Shown one piece after another: positions 1 through 19,898 of a stretch of 64,000 nucleotides of DNA (its first letter is position 1; each line of letters starts with the position of its first letter). The position numbers were made by a program, and so were the translations under genes. The notes under the pieces are model-generated. The model was given only the letters and a program-made list of their open reading frames with translations. It did not search any database and was not told the DNA's origin. The stretch is from assembly GCF_009914755.1 (NCBI RefSeq), contig NC_060929.1, one strand, 5' to 3'. This DNA comes from the human T2T-CHM13v2.0 reference genome, Homo sapiens.

Positions 1-215
1 GCAATCCCAGCACTTTGGGAGGCTGAGGCAGGAGGACTGCTTGAGCTCAGGAGTTTGAGACCAGCCTGGGCAACATGGCAAAACCTCATCTCTATAAAAA
101 ATACAAAAATTAGCTGGACGTGGTGACACATACCTGTAGTCCCAGCTACTCGGGAGGCTAAGATGGGAGGATTGCTTGAGGCTGCAGTGAGCCATGATTG
201 CGCCACTGCACTCCA
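1..215 (+). mobile_element. Alu (AluJ-like), partial
   Basis: Alu consensus sequence with an internal deletion in the right arm. Confidence 0.85.
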
Positions 216-924
216 ATCCTAGAGGTAAGACCAACAGAGAACAATAAAACCATGTGTGGTCTACCTTGTATGCTATGTGTTATGAGAATTTAGAAAAGTT
301 GGAGATCAGGGTGGGCTCTGGTAGCAGTTGATAAAGGATCATGAAGTGAGTGAAATCCGAGCTGGGTTTTTAAAAATAAGAATTTACCCTGGTGCAGAGA
401 TGGAATTTAAAAGTAAGACTTTCCTTGAGTTATGTTCTTGTTCCATATCTGAGGAATATGCACTTCTGTCAACCATTGTACTGGATTTAAAAGCAACTCA
501 ACCCATTAAATATTGGTCCAGTGGGGAACCTTGGGATTGGGTAACTCAGTGCTTGGTTCTTTCTCTGCCCCAACTCTTTACTAGGTTGGAAACCTAAATT
601 GGAGTAAAGATCATTCCATCCTTCTTTCTCTCCCCTCAGAATCTGATATAACTTATGGCAAGGAGCTATACCCATTCAGATGTACAAAAGTGAAAACAAG
701 AATTTACTAAACACATGTTGAGGTTTAGTAGACATGGACAGTCAGGATTCAGAGGGTCCGTAAAATGGAACGTCAGGCTTGAAGTCTGTTCTCTCTGGCT
801 TTCCCATCTCTTTCTTCCCTTTCTTTTTCTGTGTCAATTCCTTGTCTTTGTTGTGTGGCTTCCTCTGTTCGCTTGAAGATAACCGAAAATGTCAGCCTTG
901 ATCTATCTAAACTTTATTGATTGA

Positions 925-1075
<151 letters not shown>

Positions 1076-1187
1076 TAGATGCACATTTCTTTTGCTTTTG
1101 CAAGTTCACTTCTTGGAATTTGTACTGTAGATGCTCATACAAATGTGCAAAAGCTAAAAGTATCAATATCTTTGGGAAAAAAACTGA

Positions 1188-2225
<1,038 letters not shown>

Positions 2226-2595
2226 GGCACTGGTCACCAGTATTTCTCGATTACCTCTTCTGAGTACATGGGGGGAATATACATGTCTTCCCCTTTGAGG
2301 TTTAGCTGCCAATGTGATTTGCTTTGGCCCCTGAAATTTGAGAAGCATTTTAGCAGCCCATTGAGATTCTCCATGCTCTCTTCTGCTGCAGCAATTGTAG
2401 AAACACATATTGGGATGGAGGCCCATGAGATGCTAAGCATCCCAGACCACTGATAGAGGACAGCAGATTTCACATGCACAAGAAATAAACTTGTATTCTG
2501 TTAAGCCACTGAGATTTTGGTAGTGTTTATCACAGCATAACCTACATCATTTTGATTGACACGGTATACTGTGCAGTCAGTAAAATAAGTGTGTG

Positions 2596-2773
2596 AGATA
2601 TATATGTATATAAATATATATGTTGTATATAATATATAATATAGAGATATATTTATATAATATATATGTTATATATAATATATATTAATATAGATATATA
2701 TTTATATTTTTATATATGTTATATATAATATATATTAATATAGATATGTATTTATATATAATATGTATATATA
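2596..2773. repeat. AT-rich (TA)n-like low-complexity tract with an internal 50-bp period
   Basis: Nearly pure alternating T/A; 37-nt block repeated at 2661 and 2711. Confidence 0.9.
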
Positions 2774-3010
2774 ATGAAATGGAAAATGTCCAAGGTATTT
2801 TAAGTAATAAAAAACAAGGGACATAGCTATATAGAATTATTCTATTTGTAATTTTTTTCAAAAAAGTTATCTATAGAAAAAGAAAGACTGAGGAACTCTT
2901 GCAAATCAAAGGGACCTAAAGAGGCTGACAAATAAATGGAGCATATATCTTGGATTGGATCCTGGACCAAAAAAAGTTCTTTCTCTTTTACTGTAAAATA
3001 TGCTAGTAGA

Positions 3011-3304
<294 letters not shown>

Positions 3305-4364
3305 CTAGTAGAGTAGTGAAATTTGAATAAGGTCTGTAGATTAGGTAATATTACATTGACGTTAATTTCTCGATTTTTATACTTGTGCTGTGGGTATAAA
3401 GGAAAATGTCTTTGTTTTTAGGAAACACACTGATGTATTTAGTGGTAAAGTGGCATCATATTTGCAGTTCAATCTCAAATTGTTCAGAAAAAATATATAT
3501 AGAGAAAGGATAATGAAACTAAAATAGTAAAATGCTAATATTTGAGGAGTCTGGGTGAAGGGTATGTTTTTTGTGCAATTTTTGTCATTTTTCTATAAGT
3601 CTGAAATTATTTCAAAACAAAATCCAAAAATATCTCTCTACATACATATATGTGCTTATGTATGCTTAGAATTTGTTTTAAACTATAGAATATGGTTATC
3701 TTTGGATAGGTAAATGGGTAGATGAAACTGAAGTCATGGGGCTGAAAGTAGACTTTTACTTTTTTTCGGGTTCTCTTGTATTCCACTTGAATTCCCTAGA
3801 GACAATAAACGTTTATTGTGTTCAGGCACAAAGTTTTGAGGTGATTTGTTTTGTAGTAGTAGATAACTAATATACCAGATGACTCCTTGCAAATTATAAA
3901 CTGTTGTCAGAGAAAGACAACAACCTAAACCACAGCCAAAAGAGTAAGAGAATTTATGAAGATTCAATTATAGCAAAAAACAGAATTTCTGGAAACATTA
4001 AGCAAAAACAAAATTAGTTTTCTAATTTTATAATTTAGTAGATAAATTTTAAAGAAAGGCTGGTAATGGTGAAAACTGAATTAGTGGTCTAGAAAATTAA
4101 ATGGAAGTAAGATTTCAAAACACAGGGTAAAATAGTAGAAGAAAGATTTTAAAATACAGAGAGGAAATAAGCAATGGAAGTGGTGAAAAAATATAAAAGA
4201 CTTGGATGATAGATAGTGAAGCTGCAACATGTAAATATGGTTATCAGAGGCAGAAAATAAACAAATGGAGGAGAGGCAATAATTAAACAAAAAAAAGAAG
4301 AAAATGTATCTGAGTTAACGAACAATTTGAATTAAAAGATTAAAGGTTTAACTGAGTTTCAGTT

Positions 4365-4673
4365 AGTTGTTTTTGTTTGTTTGTTTGTTTGTAGACAAGC
4401 TCTTACTCTATCATCCAGGCTGGAGTGCAGTGGCTTGAATATGGATCACTGCAGCCTCAACCTTCTGGTCTCAAGGGATCCTCCTGTCTCAGCCCCCCCT
4501 ACAGCTGGGACCATAGGTTTGTGCTACCACACCTGGCTAATCTTTTTTATTTTCTGCAGAGATGGAGTCTTATTATGTTACCCAGGCTGGTCTCAAACCC
4601 CTGGGCTCAAGTGATCCTCCCACCTCAGCCTCACAAAGTGCTGGGAATACAGGCATGAGCCACTGTGCCCAGC
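4365..4673 (-). mobile_element. AluJ
   Basis: Diverged Alu with (TTTG)n tail. Confidence 0.88.
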
Positions 4674-4708
4674 TTTCAGTCAGAGTGATTAAAAAATAAT
4701 GGCAACAG

Positions 4709-6340
4709 CCCGATGGTCTCCCTCTCCCCATGGTCTCCCTCTCCCCATGGTCTCCCTCTCCCTCTCTTTCCACAGTCTCCCTCTCATGCCGAGCCGAAGC
4801 CGGACTATACTGCTGCCATCTCGGCTCACTGCAACCTCCCTGCCTGATTCTCCTGCCTCAGCCTGCGGAGTGCCTGCAATTGCAGGTGCGCGCTGCCACG
4901 CCTGACTGGTTTTCGTATTTTTTTGGTGGAGACGGGGTTTCGCTGTGTTGGCCGGGCTGGTCTCCAGCTCCTAACCGCGAGTGATCCGCCAGCCTCGGCC
5001 TCCCGAGGTGCCGGGATTGCAGACGGAGTCTGGTTCACTCAGTGCTCAATGGCGCCCAGGCTGGAGAGCAGTGGCGTGATCTCGGCTCGCTACAACCTCC
5101 ACCTCCCAGCCGCCTGCCTTGGCCTCCCAAAGTGCCGAGATTGCAGCCTCTGCCCGGCCGCCACCCCGTCTGGGAAGTAAGGAGCGTCTCTGCCTGGCCG
5201 CCCATCGTCTGGGATGTGAGGAGCCCCTCTGCCTGGCTGCCCAGTCTGGAAAGTGAGGAGCGTCTCTGCCCGGCCGCCATCCCATCTGGGAAGTGAGGAG
5301 CGCCTCTTCCCGGCCGCCATCACATCTAGGAAGTGAGGAGCATCTCTGCCCGGCCGCCCATCGTCTGGGATGTGGGGAGCGCCTCTGCCCTGTCGCCCCG
5401 TCTGGGATGTGAGGAGCGCCTCTGCCCGGCCGCCACCCCGTCTGGGAGGTGAGGAGCGTCTCTGCCCGGCCGCCCCGTCTGAGAAGTGAGGAGACCCTCC
5501 GCCCGGCGGCCGCCCCGTATGAGAAGTGAGGAGCCTCTCCGCCCGGCAGCCACCCCGTCTGAGAAGTGAGGAGCCTCTCCGCCCGGCAGCCGCCCCGTCT
5601 GGGAAGTGAGGAGCGTCTCCGCCCGGCAGCTACCCCGTCCGGGAGGGAGGTGGGGGGGGTCAGCCCCCTGCCCGGCCAGCCGCCCCGTCCGGGAGGGAGG
5701 TGGGGGGGTCAGCCCCCCGCCCGGCCAGCCGCCCCGTCCGGGAGGTGAGGGGCGCCTCTGCCCGGCCGCCCCTACTGGGAAGTGAGGAGCCCCTCTGCCC
5801 GGCCACCACCCCGTCTGGGAGGTGTACCCAACAGCTCATTGAGAACGGGCCAGGATGACAATGGCGGCTTTGTGGAATAGAATGGGGGGAAAGGTGGGGA
5901 AAAGATTGAGAAATCGGATGGTTGCCGTGTCTGTGTAGAAAGAAGTAGACATGGGAGACTTTTCATTTTGTTCTGTACCAAGAAAAATTCTTCTGCCTTG
6001 GGATCCTGTTGATCTGTGACCTTACCCCCAACCCTGTGCTCTCTGAAACATGTGCTGTGTCCACTCAGAGTTAAATGGATTAAGGGCGGTGCAAGATGTG
6101 CTTTGTAAAACAGATGCTTGAAGTCAGCATGCTCATTAAGAGTCATCACCACTCCCTAATCTCAAGTACCCAGGGACACAAACGCTGCGGAAGGCCGCAG
6201 GGTCCTCTGCCTAGGAAAACCAGAGACCTTTGTTCACTTGTTTATCTGCTGACCTTCCCTCCACTATTGTCCTATGACCCTGCCAAATCCCCCTCTGTGA
6301 GAAACACCCAAGAATGATCAATAAAAAAAAAAATAATAAT
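4709..6340 (+). mobile_element. SVA retrotransposon (probably SVA_C/D-like), about 1.63 kb
   Basis: CCCTCT-type head, antisense Alu-like domain, GC-rich VNTR (about 5150-5820), SINE-R ending GAATGATCAATAAA plus A-tail; TSD AATAATGGCAACAG at 4695-4708 and 6341-6354. Confidence 0.96.
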
Positions 6341-6928
6341 AATAATGGCAACAGTGACAACAATGTATACCTCCATAGAGGCATATTCTGGTAAAAATCT
6401 AGAACTCCAAGAATCAAAAGTAATAACCTTAGAGTCTGTTGGATATAGAGATAATATTAGTCTAAAAGGAAAAATATCAGCCCGGCTTCACATTTCTCAT
6501 CAAAAACCTGAAGCTAGAGAAAATAAAGTAAAATTCACAGACTACGGAAAGAACAAACAGTGCTACCCAAGTATCTTTACCCAGTTGATCTATTGTTTGT
6601 CTATCAGAGTAAAAGAAAGGTCTATGAGGATCTACAAAGATTCAGAGATCACAGAAGTGCCACCTTGATGATACAGACAACAACTGAATCAGAACTTCAG
6701 TAAGGAGGGCCAGCACACTAATTTACTGTTAGGTAAAAATGAATCTGACTGTGTTCCAGAACCCCTTGTGTGTGCATTCAAGATAAAATTAGTAAAGATG
6801 AATACATAAAAATGAATTGATAAAGATTAATACCATGAATAGAGATAAAACCCAATTATTGGATCTTTTATCAAGATGCAATAACTAAAAAGAATAGTAA
6901 CTCCAATGACTGGGGGCAATAGAGGTGA

Positions 6929-7333
<405 letters not shown>

Positions 7334-8356
7334 TAAAATTTAAAGTCTGCATTCCTTTGCTCCTCTAATCTCACTGCTGCTAGTTCTTGGAAATAAGGGC
7401 ACCAGTACATAGGAACTTGCATACAAGGATTTTTACTGCAGCACTTTTTGTAGAGACAAAAAACTAAAAGTATATACCCTTCAAGAAGTAACTATTGACT
7501 AAGTTATGGTATATCCACCTCATTGAATATTAAGCAACACAGAATATTAGCTACTTAATAGAATGAGTGAACTCTCTATCAATTGACTTGGAGAGATGTC
7601 CACTGTGTGTTTTTACCAAGAAAGGGAAATGCAGATAAATTTATAGTATTTTATTTGGTAAAACAGTGAGGAGAAAATCCCTATGTATATATGTTTGTTT
7701 AGAGAGTAGGGAGAAGGTATGTGAAGATACACACTGGGTTTGTTAACATTTCTAGGAGTAGGGGAATGGGGTTAGAAGGAAGAGGACAGGAGAGGTAAGT
7801 AAGATTGGGGACATAAGCAGGGCAGGGGAAATGAGCAGTAATCCAGTATTCTTCATAAGCAAAGCACCTGTTAGAGTGGGCTGATGCTTTGCAAATAAAA
7901 CTTTAAATTTGTGAAAACTAGCATTTTTTTTGTAGTTTTTATGGTTGTTTTCTAATTATAGAGCTCTGGCAGAATGGATGTTTTACCTAAATTAGGGATG
8001 CATGCTGTATTATTCAAGTTTAGCAATGCAAATTTTCTTCTGTAGGAAATTTAACGAACAGAATATTTTAATATGGGTACTGAAACAATGCCAAACCAGC
8101 AGTTCTTTTGCAACCTGGCAGTCTGCCTGTTGGTCATTATTTGCCATTCTTTCCCAAACAAATATCTCTGAAGAAATGGCATTCCAAAGCCAGAGGTAGA
8201 TAATCTTTAAGATTTATATACTTTTGGTTCACATAAGCTCACTATCGTGAAAATAATGGTATATGTGGGCAAATGTATGGAAATTGACAGTCCACTTTTA
8301 CATATTAATAATAGAAAGGCTTGGACTTTTTAAGCATAAAAATTGCCTACATTTCA

Positions 8357-8438
8357 GAGCTTGCAGTGAGCCGAGATCGTGCCACTGCGCTCCAGCCTGG
8401 GAGACAGAGCGAGACTCCACGTCAAAAAAAAAAAAAAA
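8357..8438 (+). mobile_element. 5'-truncated AluY (3' about 65 nt plus A-tail)
   Basis: Diagnostic GAGCTTGCAG; degenerate TSD aaaattgcctacatt / aaaattgcgtatatt. Confidence 0.85.
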
Positions 8439-10012
8439 ATTGCGTATATTCTTTATTTCCAGCGGAGTCCTTTCATTGATTTGTATTAATTTTTCATATT
8501 CAAAGTTAGGAAAATTAACTTTTAGAAAGTCATTTACTACTAAAAATAATGAAACTCTTTTAAGTAGTAAAATAGAGTATACTGATTTTTGCTTAAAAAA
8601 GAAATTTCTTGGCCCTGTTGCTGGCCACCTGGCTCTCTGTCCTTAAACCAAATCCATCCCTCAGAGGCCACTAGCCAGCAAAGGCCAGATGCAGACCCTC
8701 CCAGTTTAATCAGAACAGTTGCCAAAATCTTGTTCATTTCCAACCTGATCTTTTATTACTCTGTCTCTGACTTGGACAGTGTGGTCTCCTTACCCCACAC
8801 TTCCATTCCAATTCCGCATCCCTTCCCAAAATTCTGATTCTGCTTAAGACCATCTACATGTGCTGTTTGTACTTGGCTTCCAGGGTGCAGTTTGACTTTC
8901 CAGTCTCTCAAATATTTTTGATCTGGACTGTTTCCATCTCTTTTGCAGGGTGCTTAGTCGTGCTGACAGAAAGTTACATGGGATATAAAAATGTAATCTC
9001 AGGGTTGCTTGAAAAGTGTTGAATTGAAATGAAGCCTAAGCTGAGTGATTTTCAAGGTTAAAGGTCCTATTAGAGCCATTATATGGAAGTACTGCCAAGC
9101 AGATGGTTAAGTTGGTTACTCAGTGTTTCTTTAGTCTGTGGGACTTGAGGCGCAGTGCCAAACCCTGCAGCTCAGATCTCTTTCAGGCTTTCCCTGTGTA
9201 CCCTGGTGACTCATTGTTTTTTTAAAGATGCAAATAATGTTAGCGAACTGTCTAATTCAACTCTTCCCCCTTGGACCCATGAGACAGTTTTCTGCAGATA
9301 GCATATTTTGCTCATGATATATCAATTTTATTATTGTAAATCAGAGTGTTCTCAACTTCTCTAAGTGTTGGTGGCCATTCTTGTTTGTGCCAAATTAGCA
9401 GGGTCTAAGCTTCTGTCTCTATTTCCAAGGTTACCGTCCTGCCAATCATCTTTTGCTCTCATCACTTTTTTTTAATGCTTCTTTGCTTTCCTAATAACCA
9501 TGTATTCCAAATGTAGGTACAGACCTCTCCCTTGACTCCCCCAAAACATAGTGAGAGCAGACTTAGTGTGTTAGTTAGGACTCTTGGTTGCAAGAGACAA
9601 AAATTCTATTCAAACTGGTTTTAAAGAACAACAACAATGACAAAAAAGAGAATGTATTGGCTAAGGTAATGAAAGATCCAGGGAATATATGTAGTTTGAG
9701 GCTCGGTTGGATTCTAGGGCTCAAACAGTAAGATAAGAAATTACTCCATTACTCAGAGTAATGGAGTTTGAAAAAGAAAATAGAAAAGAAACAGAAAGTG
9801 GCTTCTCTTCATCTCTTTCTCCTGCTTTCTTCTGTTTTGGCTTCATTCTTATGCAGGCTTTCCTGAGTGGTAGCAGAGAAAGCACTGGAATCCCCAGGCT
9901 TATGTTCCTAGCACTTTAGCAAGCCCAACAGAAAGAAGAAGCATTTCTTTTCCAATCAGTTAAGAAGACATCCTCATGTTGGGTCTTTGGCAATTTGGCT
10001 TGGGTTCCTAGC

Positions 10013-10646
<634 letters not shown>

Positions 10647-12645
10647 TCCTGGCTTATTTCTTAAATAATCATGGTGACAAGTGCTCTTGGAGGTTGGAGT
10701 GAGGGTGGAGGGGTTAGAAATGAGGAATCAAACCCACTCAGAGTACATGAATGAGAATGGGGGAGGAGTTGCTCCTGAAGGAAAAACAGCTTTATGCTTC
10801 CAGAGAGAAAATGAATGCTGAGAAGTTTTTTTGTTTGTTTGGTTTTTGTTTTTTGTTTTTTAAAGAGGCAGATGCTCACTGCACTTGGACTTTAGCAAAG
10901 AAAATTACTTTTCAGAAAAGGAAAAAGAATCCCCCTTAAAATGAAAGCATGTTGATATTCTGGCTCCTAGATCCATCTGTGCAGGGGCCTGCTCTTCCAG
11001 CTGTCACCCTCCTTAGGCCTCTGGTGCTAGGAGCATCTTTGAAATCATAGATGACAGATGGGGATTCTCTGACCTGGAGCCCTACCCAGGCTGCAGGCCC
11101 TCAACTATAGCCTTTTTTTTTTTTTTTTCCTAGAAAGAGGAAATCCTTCCTGCCTGCTTCTTCTCTCTTCTTCCAACATCATAATCCTCTTTCTGCAGTG
11201 CCTCAACTCTGCTCAGAGGAAGATAAAGCTTCGCATCATTCTTCAGAGCTGTTTACCTTCAATTGTCTCAAACTCTTCTGTCTGTAATAGTTTTGGAGCT
11301 TTAATTTTGTATGCTAAAAGGGCCTATTAAAATGTTTTTATCCAAAGAAAAGTGCACTCTCAAGCCTTAACTGAGAACTACCTTTGCCTCTACATGAGGA
11401 GAGGATTACTTATGTCAGTTTGGACTACTGTCTACATATAACAGAAAAAAACCAGTATCATCGCTTAAACAAAGTAGACATTTATTTCTCTCTCTCGCTC
11501 AGTAAAAGAATTCTAGAAATAGGCACTCCAGAGCTGGTTTAGTGGCTCCAAGGTCATCAGGGACCAGAGAGTTCTATTTTGCTACTCTGCTCAGGTTACC
11601 GATTGCTGGCGACAGGAAGGGACAAAGAGGAAGGGGTGGAAAAGAGGCTTCTGCTTTCTTTTAACAACTTCCCAAGGGTTCTAGACCACCGTTATGCTTG
11701 TATCTCCTTGGCCAAATGCAGTTTCACATCTAGCAGCATATGGCCGTGAGACAGACAAGGACATGTAGGCTTTTAAATGAGGCCTTTAACTGAGAGGAGG
11801 GAGGAGATTGGACATTGGAGAGGGCAGCTCCCAGTGATGGTGTCTGTCATATTGTTGACTTGCCAGTCAAGGGCTCTGTAATACTGACTGGCCTGGAACC
11901 CACTGTGCTGCTTTGATCTTGGAGGACCAGGATGCCTTTTCACTACCCTCTTTGCTGCTCTCAAGCCCTTATTTCAGCTGATATTTTGGTAGTCTATCTA
12001 TGGCTCCTAAGATTTAGTCAATATAATTTTAGGATCATATCAGAAAATAGATTCAGGCAGTATGTATGAGAGCTCTGAAAAAATAGGTTTCAGTAATTTT
12101 AAGCAGTTGCTCATAGTTCCTATGTAAAGCTAAGAGGAAGGCATGTAAAAGTCATAGAAAAGTTTTCATTTGGAATATACTGTAAATATTGAACACCCAG
12201 ACAGAAAATGGTTATAAAAGGGCAACATGAAGGAACCTGTGGTAATTAAATGTTCTGTGTCTTGACTGCATTGATTTCAATATCTTGGTTGTGATACTGT
12301 TTTGCAAGATGTTACCATTGCGGAAAACTGGGTAAAGTATATACCAAGTTTCTATTTTGAGAAAATTCATATCCAGTTGTAGGAAGATCTCTCTTCTACA
12401 ATTTTCTCAAAATAGAAAGTTTAATTTTACAAAAAGTGAACGGCATATATTTTTTAAATATATGAGTCTGCTGTGTTGCCAGGCTGGAATGCAGTGGCTA
12501 TTCACAGGCTGGACCATAGCTCACTGAAGCCTTGGACTCCTGGGCTCAAGTGATTCCCCTGAGTAGCTGGGACAGGAGTGTGCCACTCCATCAGCTAACA
12601 GCATTTTATTGTATTTAAATTATATCTCAATGAAGTTTTTTTTTA

Positions 12646-13002
<357 letters not shown>

Positions 13003-13571
13003 CTAAAGTGCAGGGGTACAGTCATAGCGTAAGTGCTCAGTCTCGGACTACAATCATGTGCCATCACTCCCAGCTAATCAAGTTTTTTAAAAAGTCAATT
13101 GCATTTTGAATTTGGGCATTTAATAATGGTATTTTGGTTTGCAGTTTCAACTGTTATCATCAATTGTTTTTCTCTCAACTACTCAAGAAACAAGAAGAGG
13201 AAAAGTCCATTGACTTCTCAATAGGGTCTAGATTTTTTAAAAAACTTTTTATTCTAACTACTTGAAACTGCACCCAACTTCAATAATTACCATCCTTTTG
13301 CCTTATTTTATCTATTTGCCCTGTAATTCCCCCCAACGGATCATTTTAAAGCAAATCCCAGATATCCTGTTATTTTACCAACAAATAAGGATAATTTTTA
13401 AACTGGGTAATCCCATGCAAGAGGAACAAAAAAGATACAATTCCATAAATTCAAGTTAATGAAACTAGCAATTACCAAATGATAAAAATTTATGTCAGTG
13501 ATTCCTGGAGATAGGAAAGTAAGGAGATGGGTAGACACAGAGAAGGGGCTACTAAACAAGGACACAGAGAG

Positions 13572-14407
<836 letters not shown>

Positions 14408-15015
14408 GAGTGAGATTGTATCACTGTTTGGCAGTGCTGTGATGACTAAAAGAAGTAACTCTAAGGGGGAGGTTTCGTTGTGTGAGAAAGGGTTTCTTCA
14501 GAGTTCTGAGTCATTTAACCAGAAAACACTGCCATTTCCCAGTTCCATTACAGGACTCCTAAGAAGTGGAGTCCTATGTATGTCAAAAGCTGCAGTTTTA
14601 AAGTCATGTTCTTGTACTAAAAATATTACTCAGCAGTATGATGCAAAATTTAAAAATGGAAAAAAGGAATGAACACCCTCTGCTGGTAGCAGATAAAACA
14701 TACTTGGCTTCCTTGTGTATTCTGGAAATAGTTAGGTCTACCCAGGTGGGGCCTCTGGAGAGTGCCACACAACTGGGGACTTAGGAGGTACATGAAGACC
14801 AGCCAGCACAGAGTTATGGGGCCAAACTTAGCTGATGAGTTTACCAGTGAGTGATTGGAGAGGTGCTTCTTTGTATTTCTTTGGGTTGGTTTGTTCATCA
14901 TTGTTTTTAACAAAACAACTTCTTTTAAAGAATTCATTGTAAGAGGCGCTATAAGACAAACTCCTTTTTCCGGTTAAGATGCTTACAAGGTCATTAAGAA
15001 AATAAACACCAGCCT

Positions 15016-15359
<344 letters not shown>

Positions 15360-15577
15360 TTATTCAAAGATTCAACATAATAATTAGTGTGTATTAATAA
15401 CTTAGTTTTGAAATTTTAGTCAATGACAGGAAATTAATAAGCAGATTCTTAAGAACCGTTATAGAAATTGTATTTCTGATTTTTAAAGTTAAGATTTTTT
15501 TTTAAAGTTCAAAAATAATTTTACTTTTTCTAATTTGTTCCTCATGCAAAAGAAGGTTGTTAATCACTAGCTTAGAG

Positions 15578-17206
<1,629 letters not shown>

Positions 17207-17694
17207 CGAGACTATTTAAATAGAGCGGCCAGGGAAGGTTTTTTGAAGAGGTGACATTTAACCCATACATAAAGGTGAAAAGGAGGGGATCATGGAAGGT
17301 AGGTGCAACATTCCAGGCAGTGGGAATGGTATTTGGAAAGAGCTTGGGGTATTTGACGAATTTCAAAAAGACTAATATGGCTAGAGTGTAGCAGAGACAG
17401 ATGAAGATGGGACATAGGATGAAGCTAAAGTGACATTTAGTGCTCCGTCGTGTAAGTTCTCTTAGATAGCAAACTAGAGTTTACTCTGAGGGTCATGAAA
17501 AATTTTAAGCAGGAGAGTGATGTGATTAAATTTATGTCATTTTTTCCTTTATTTTTGTAGAGACAGGGTCTTATAAAGATAAGGCCTTGCTATGTTGCTC
17601 AGGCCAGACTGGGCTCAAGGGACTTCCTGAGTAGCTGGGACTAGAGGCACATGCCACCATGCCCATCATTCAAATTTGGGTTTTAAGATGATCA

Positions 17695-18350
<656 letters not shown>

Positions 18351-19188
18351 ATTATTACTCTTTTTTGCTCAGGCTGGAGTTCAGTGATGCAATCATAGCT
18401 CACTGTAACCTTGAACTCCTGGGCTCAAGGGATCCTCCTGCCTCAGCCTCTGGAGTAGCTGGGAGTATGAGTGTACACCACTATGCATGGGTTTTTTTTT
18501 GTTTTTTCCTTTTTACTTTTGTAGATACGGGATCTTACTATATTGCTCAGGCTGGTTTCTAACTCCTTCCTGTCCAGGAGCGATCCCCCAACCTCAGCTT
18601 CCTTAAATGTAGGGATTATAGGAGTAAGCCACCATCCCCAGCCTGATCACTCTTGCTGCTCTGTGGAGGACAGATTAAAATGGAGCATGGGTGCAAGACA
18701 GGAGACCAGTTAGAAGCCAGTTGAAGTAGTCTAAGTGAGAAGTGCTGTGGCCTGGACTAAGGTGGGGAAAGTTAAGGTGGAGGAAATGGGGATGGATCTT
18801 AGATATGTTTTGGTGGTAGACTAGTTAGGAATTGCTGATGTATTGGGCATAGTGATATATGAGAAAAACAGGAATCAAGATTCACTCTTAGGTTTTCTGA
18901 TTTGAGCTACTGGATGGATAGAGGAACATATAAATTAAAATGATTTAGGCTCAAATAACAGCTTCGGCTTAAGAAATATTTGGTTCATGTAAGTTCAGAG
19001 GTAGGATAGGCTTTGGGTTTCACTTAGTTCTTGAGGATTCCAGCTCCTGGTTAAAAACCTACGTGTGGTTTTTCAGGTCTGTCTGATTGCAGGTGATTAC
19101 AAAGCCTCTACCTGGCAGCCCTCATGGAGGAAAGCTGCTCTCCCTTCCACAGACTTGGTGCACAGCTAGTGTGCTGCAGGCTCTGATA

Positions 19189-19524
19189 CAGTCACGGGTC
19201 ACATAACAGCATTTCAACCAACAACATATTCGAAGGTGTTGGTTCCATAAGATTATTATACCATATTTTGACTGTGCCTTTTTTGTGTTTAGATATTTTT
19301 AGATCTATAAAGCCTTACCATTGTATTACAATTGCCTATAGTATTCAGTATAGTAACATACTGTACAAGTTTGTAGCCTGGGAGCAATAGGCTGTACTAT
19401 ATAGCCTAGGTAGGTTATGCCATCTATGTTTGTACCAGTATACTCTATAATGTTCACACAATGACAAAATCGCCCAACAATGCATTTCTCAGAATGTATC
19501 CTGTTCTGAAGCAACTCATGACTG
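19189..19524. mobile_element. Tigger3-family (TcMar) non-autonomous DNA transposon
   Basis: Terminal inverted repeats CAGTCA...TGACTG flanked by TA on both sides; internal sequence matches Tigger3a as recalled. Confidence 0.82.
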
Positions 19525-19567
19525 TAAATATTTGCATTCCTATCCCTGGTGCCTCCTTCATTCCTAG

Positions 19568-19898
<331 letters not shown>

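Noticed and set aside
5150-5820. Repeat array that superficially resembles a CRISPR array
   Set aside because: It is the SVA VNTR: degenerate tandem units with no unique spacers, in a primate genome with no cas genes.
4699-6417. Dense cluster of ORFs on both strands
   Set aside because: All lie within the SVA Alu-like, VNTR and SINE-R domains.
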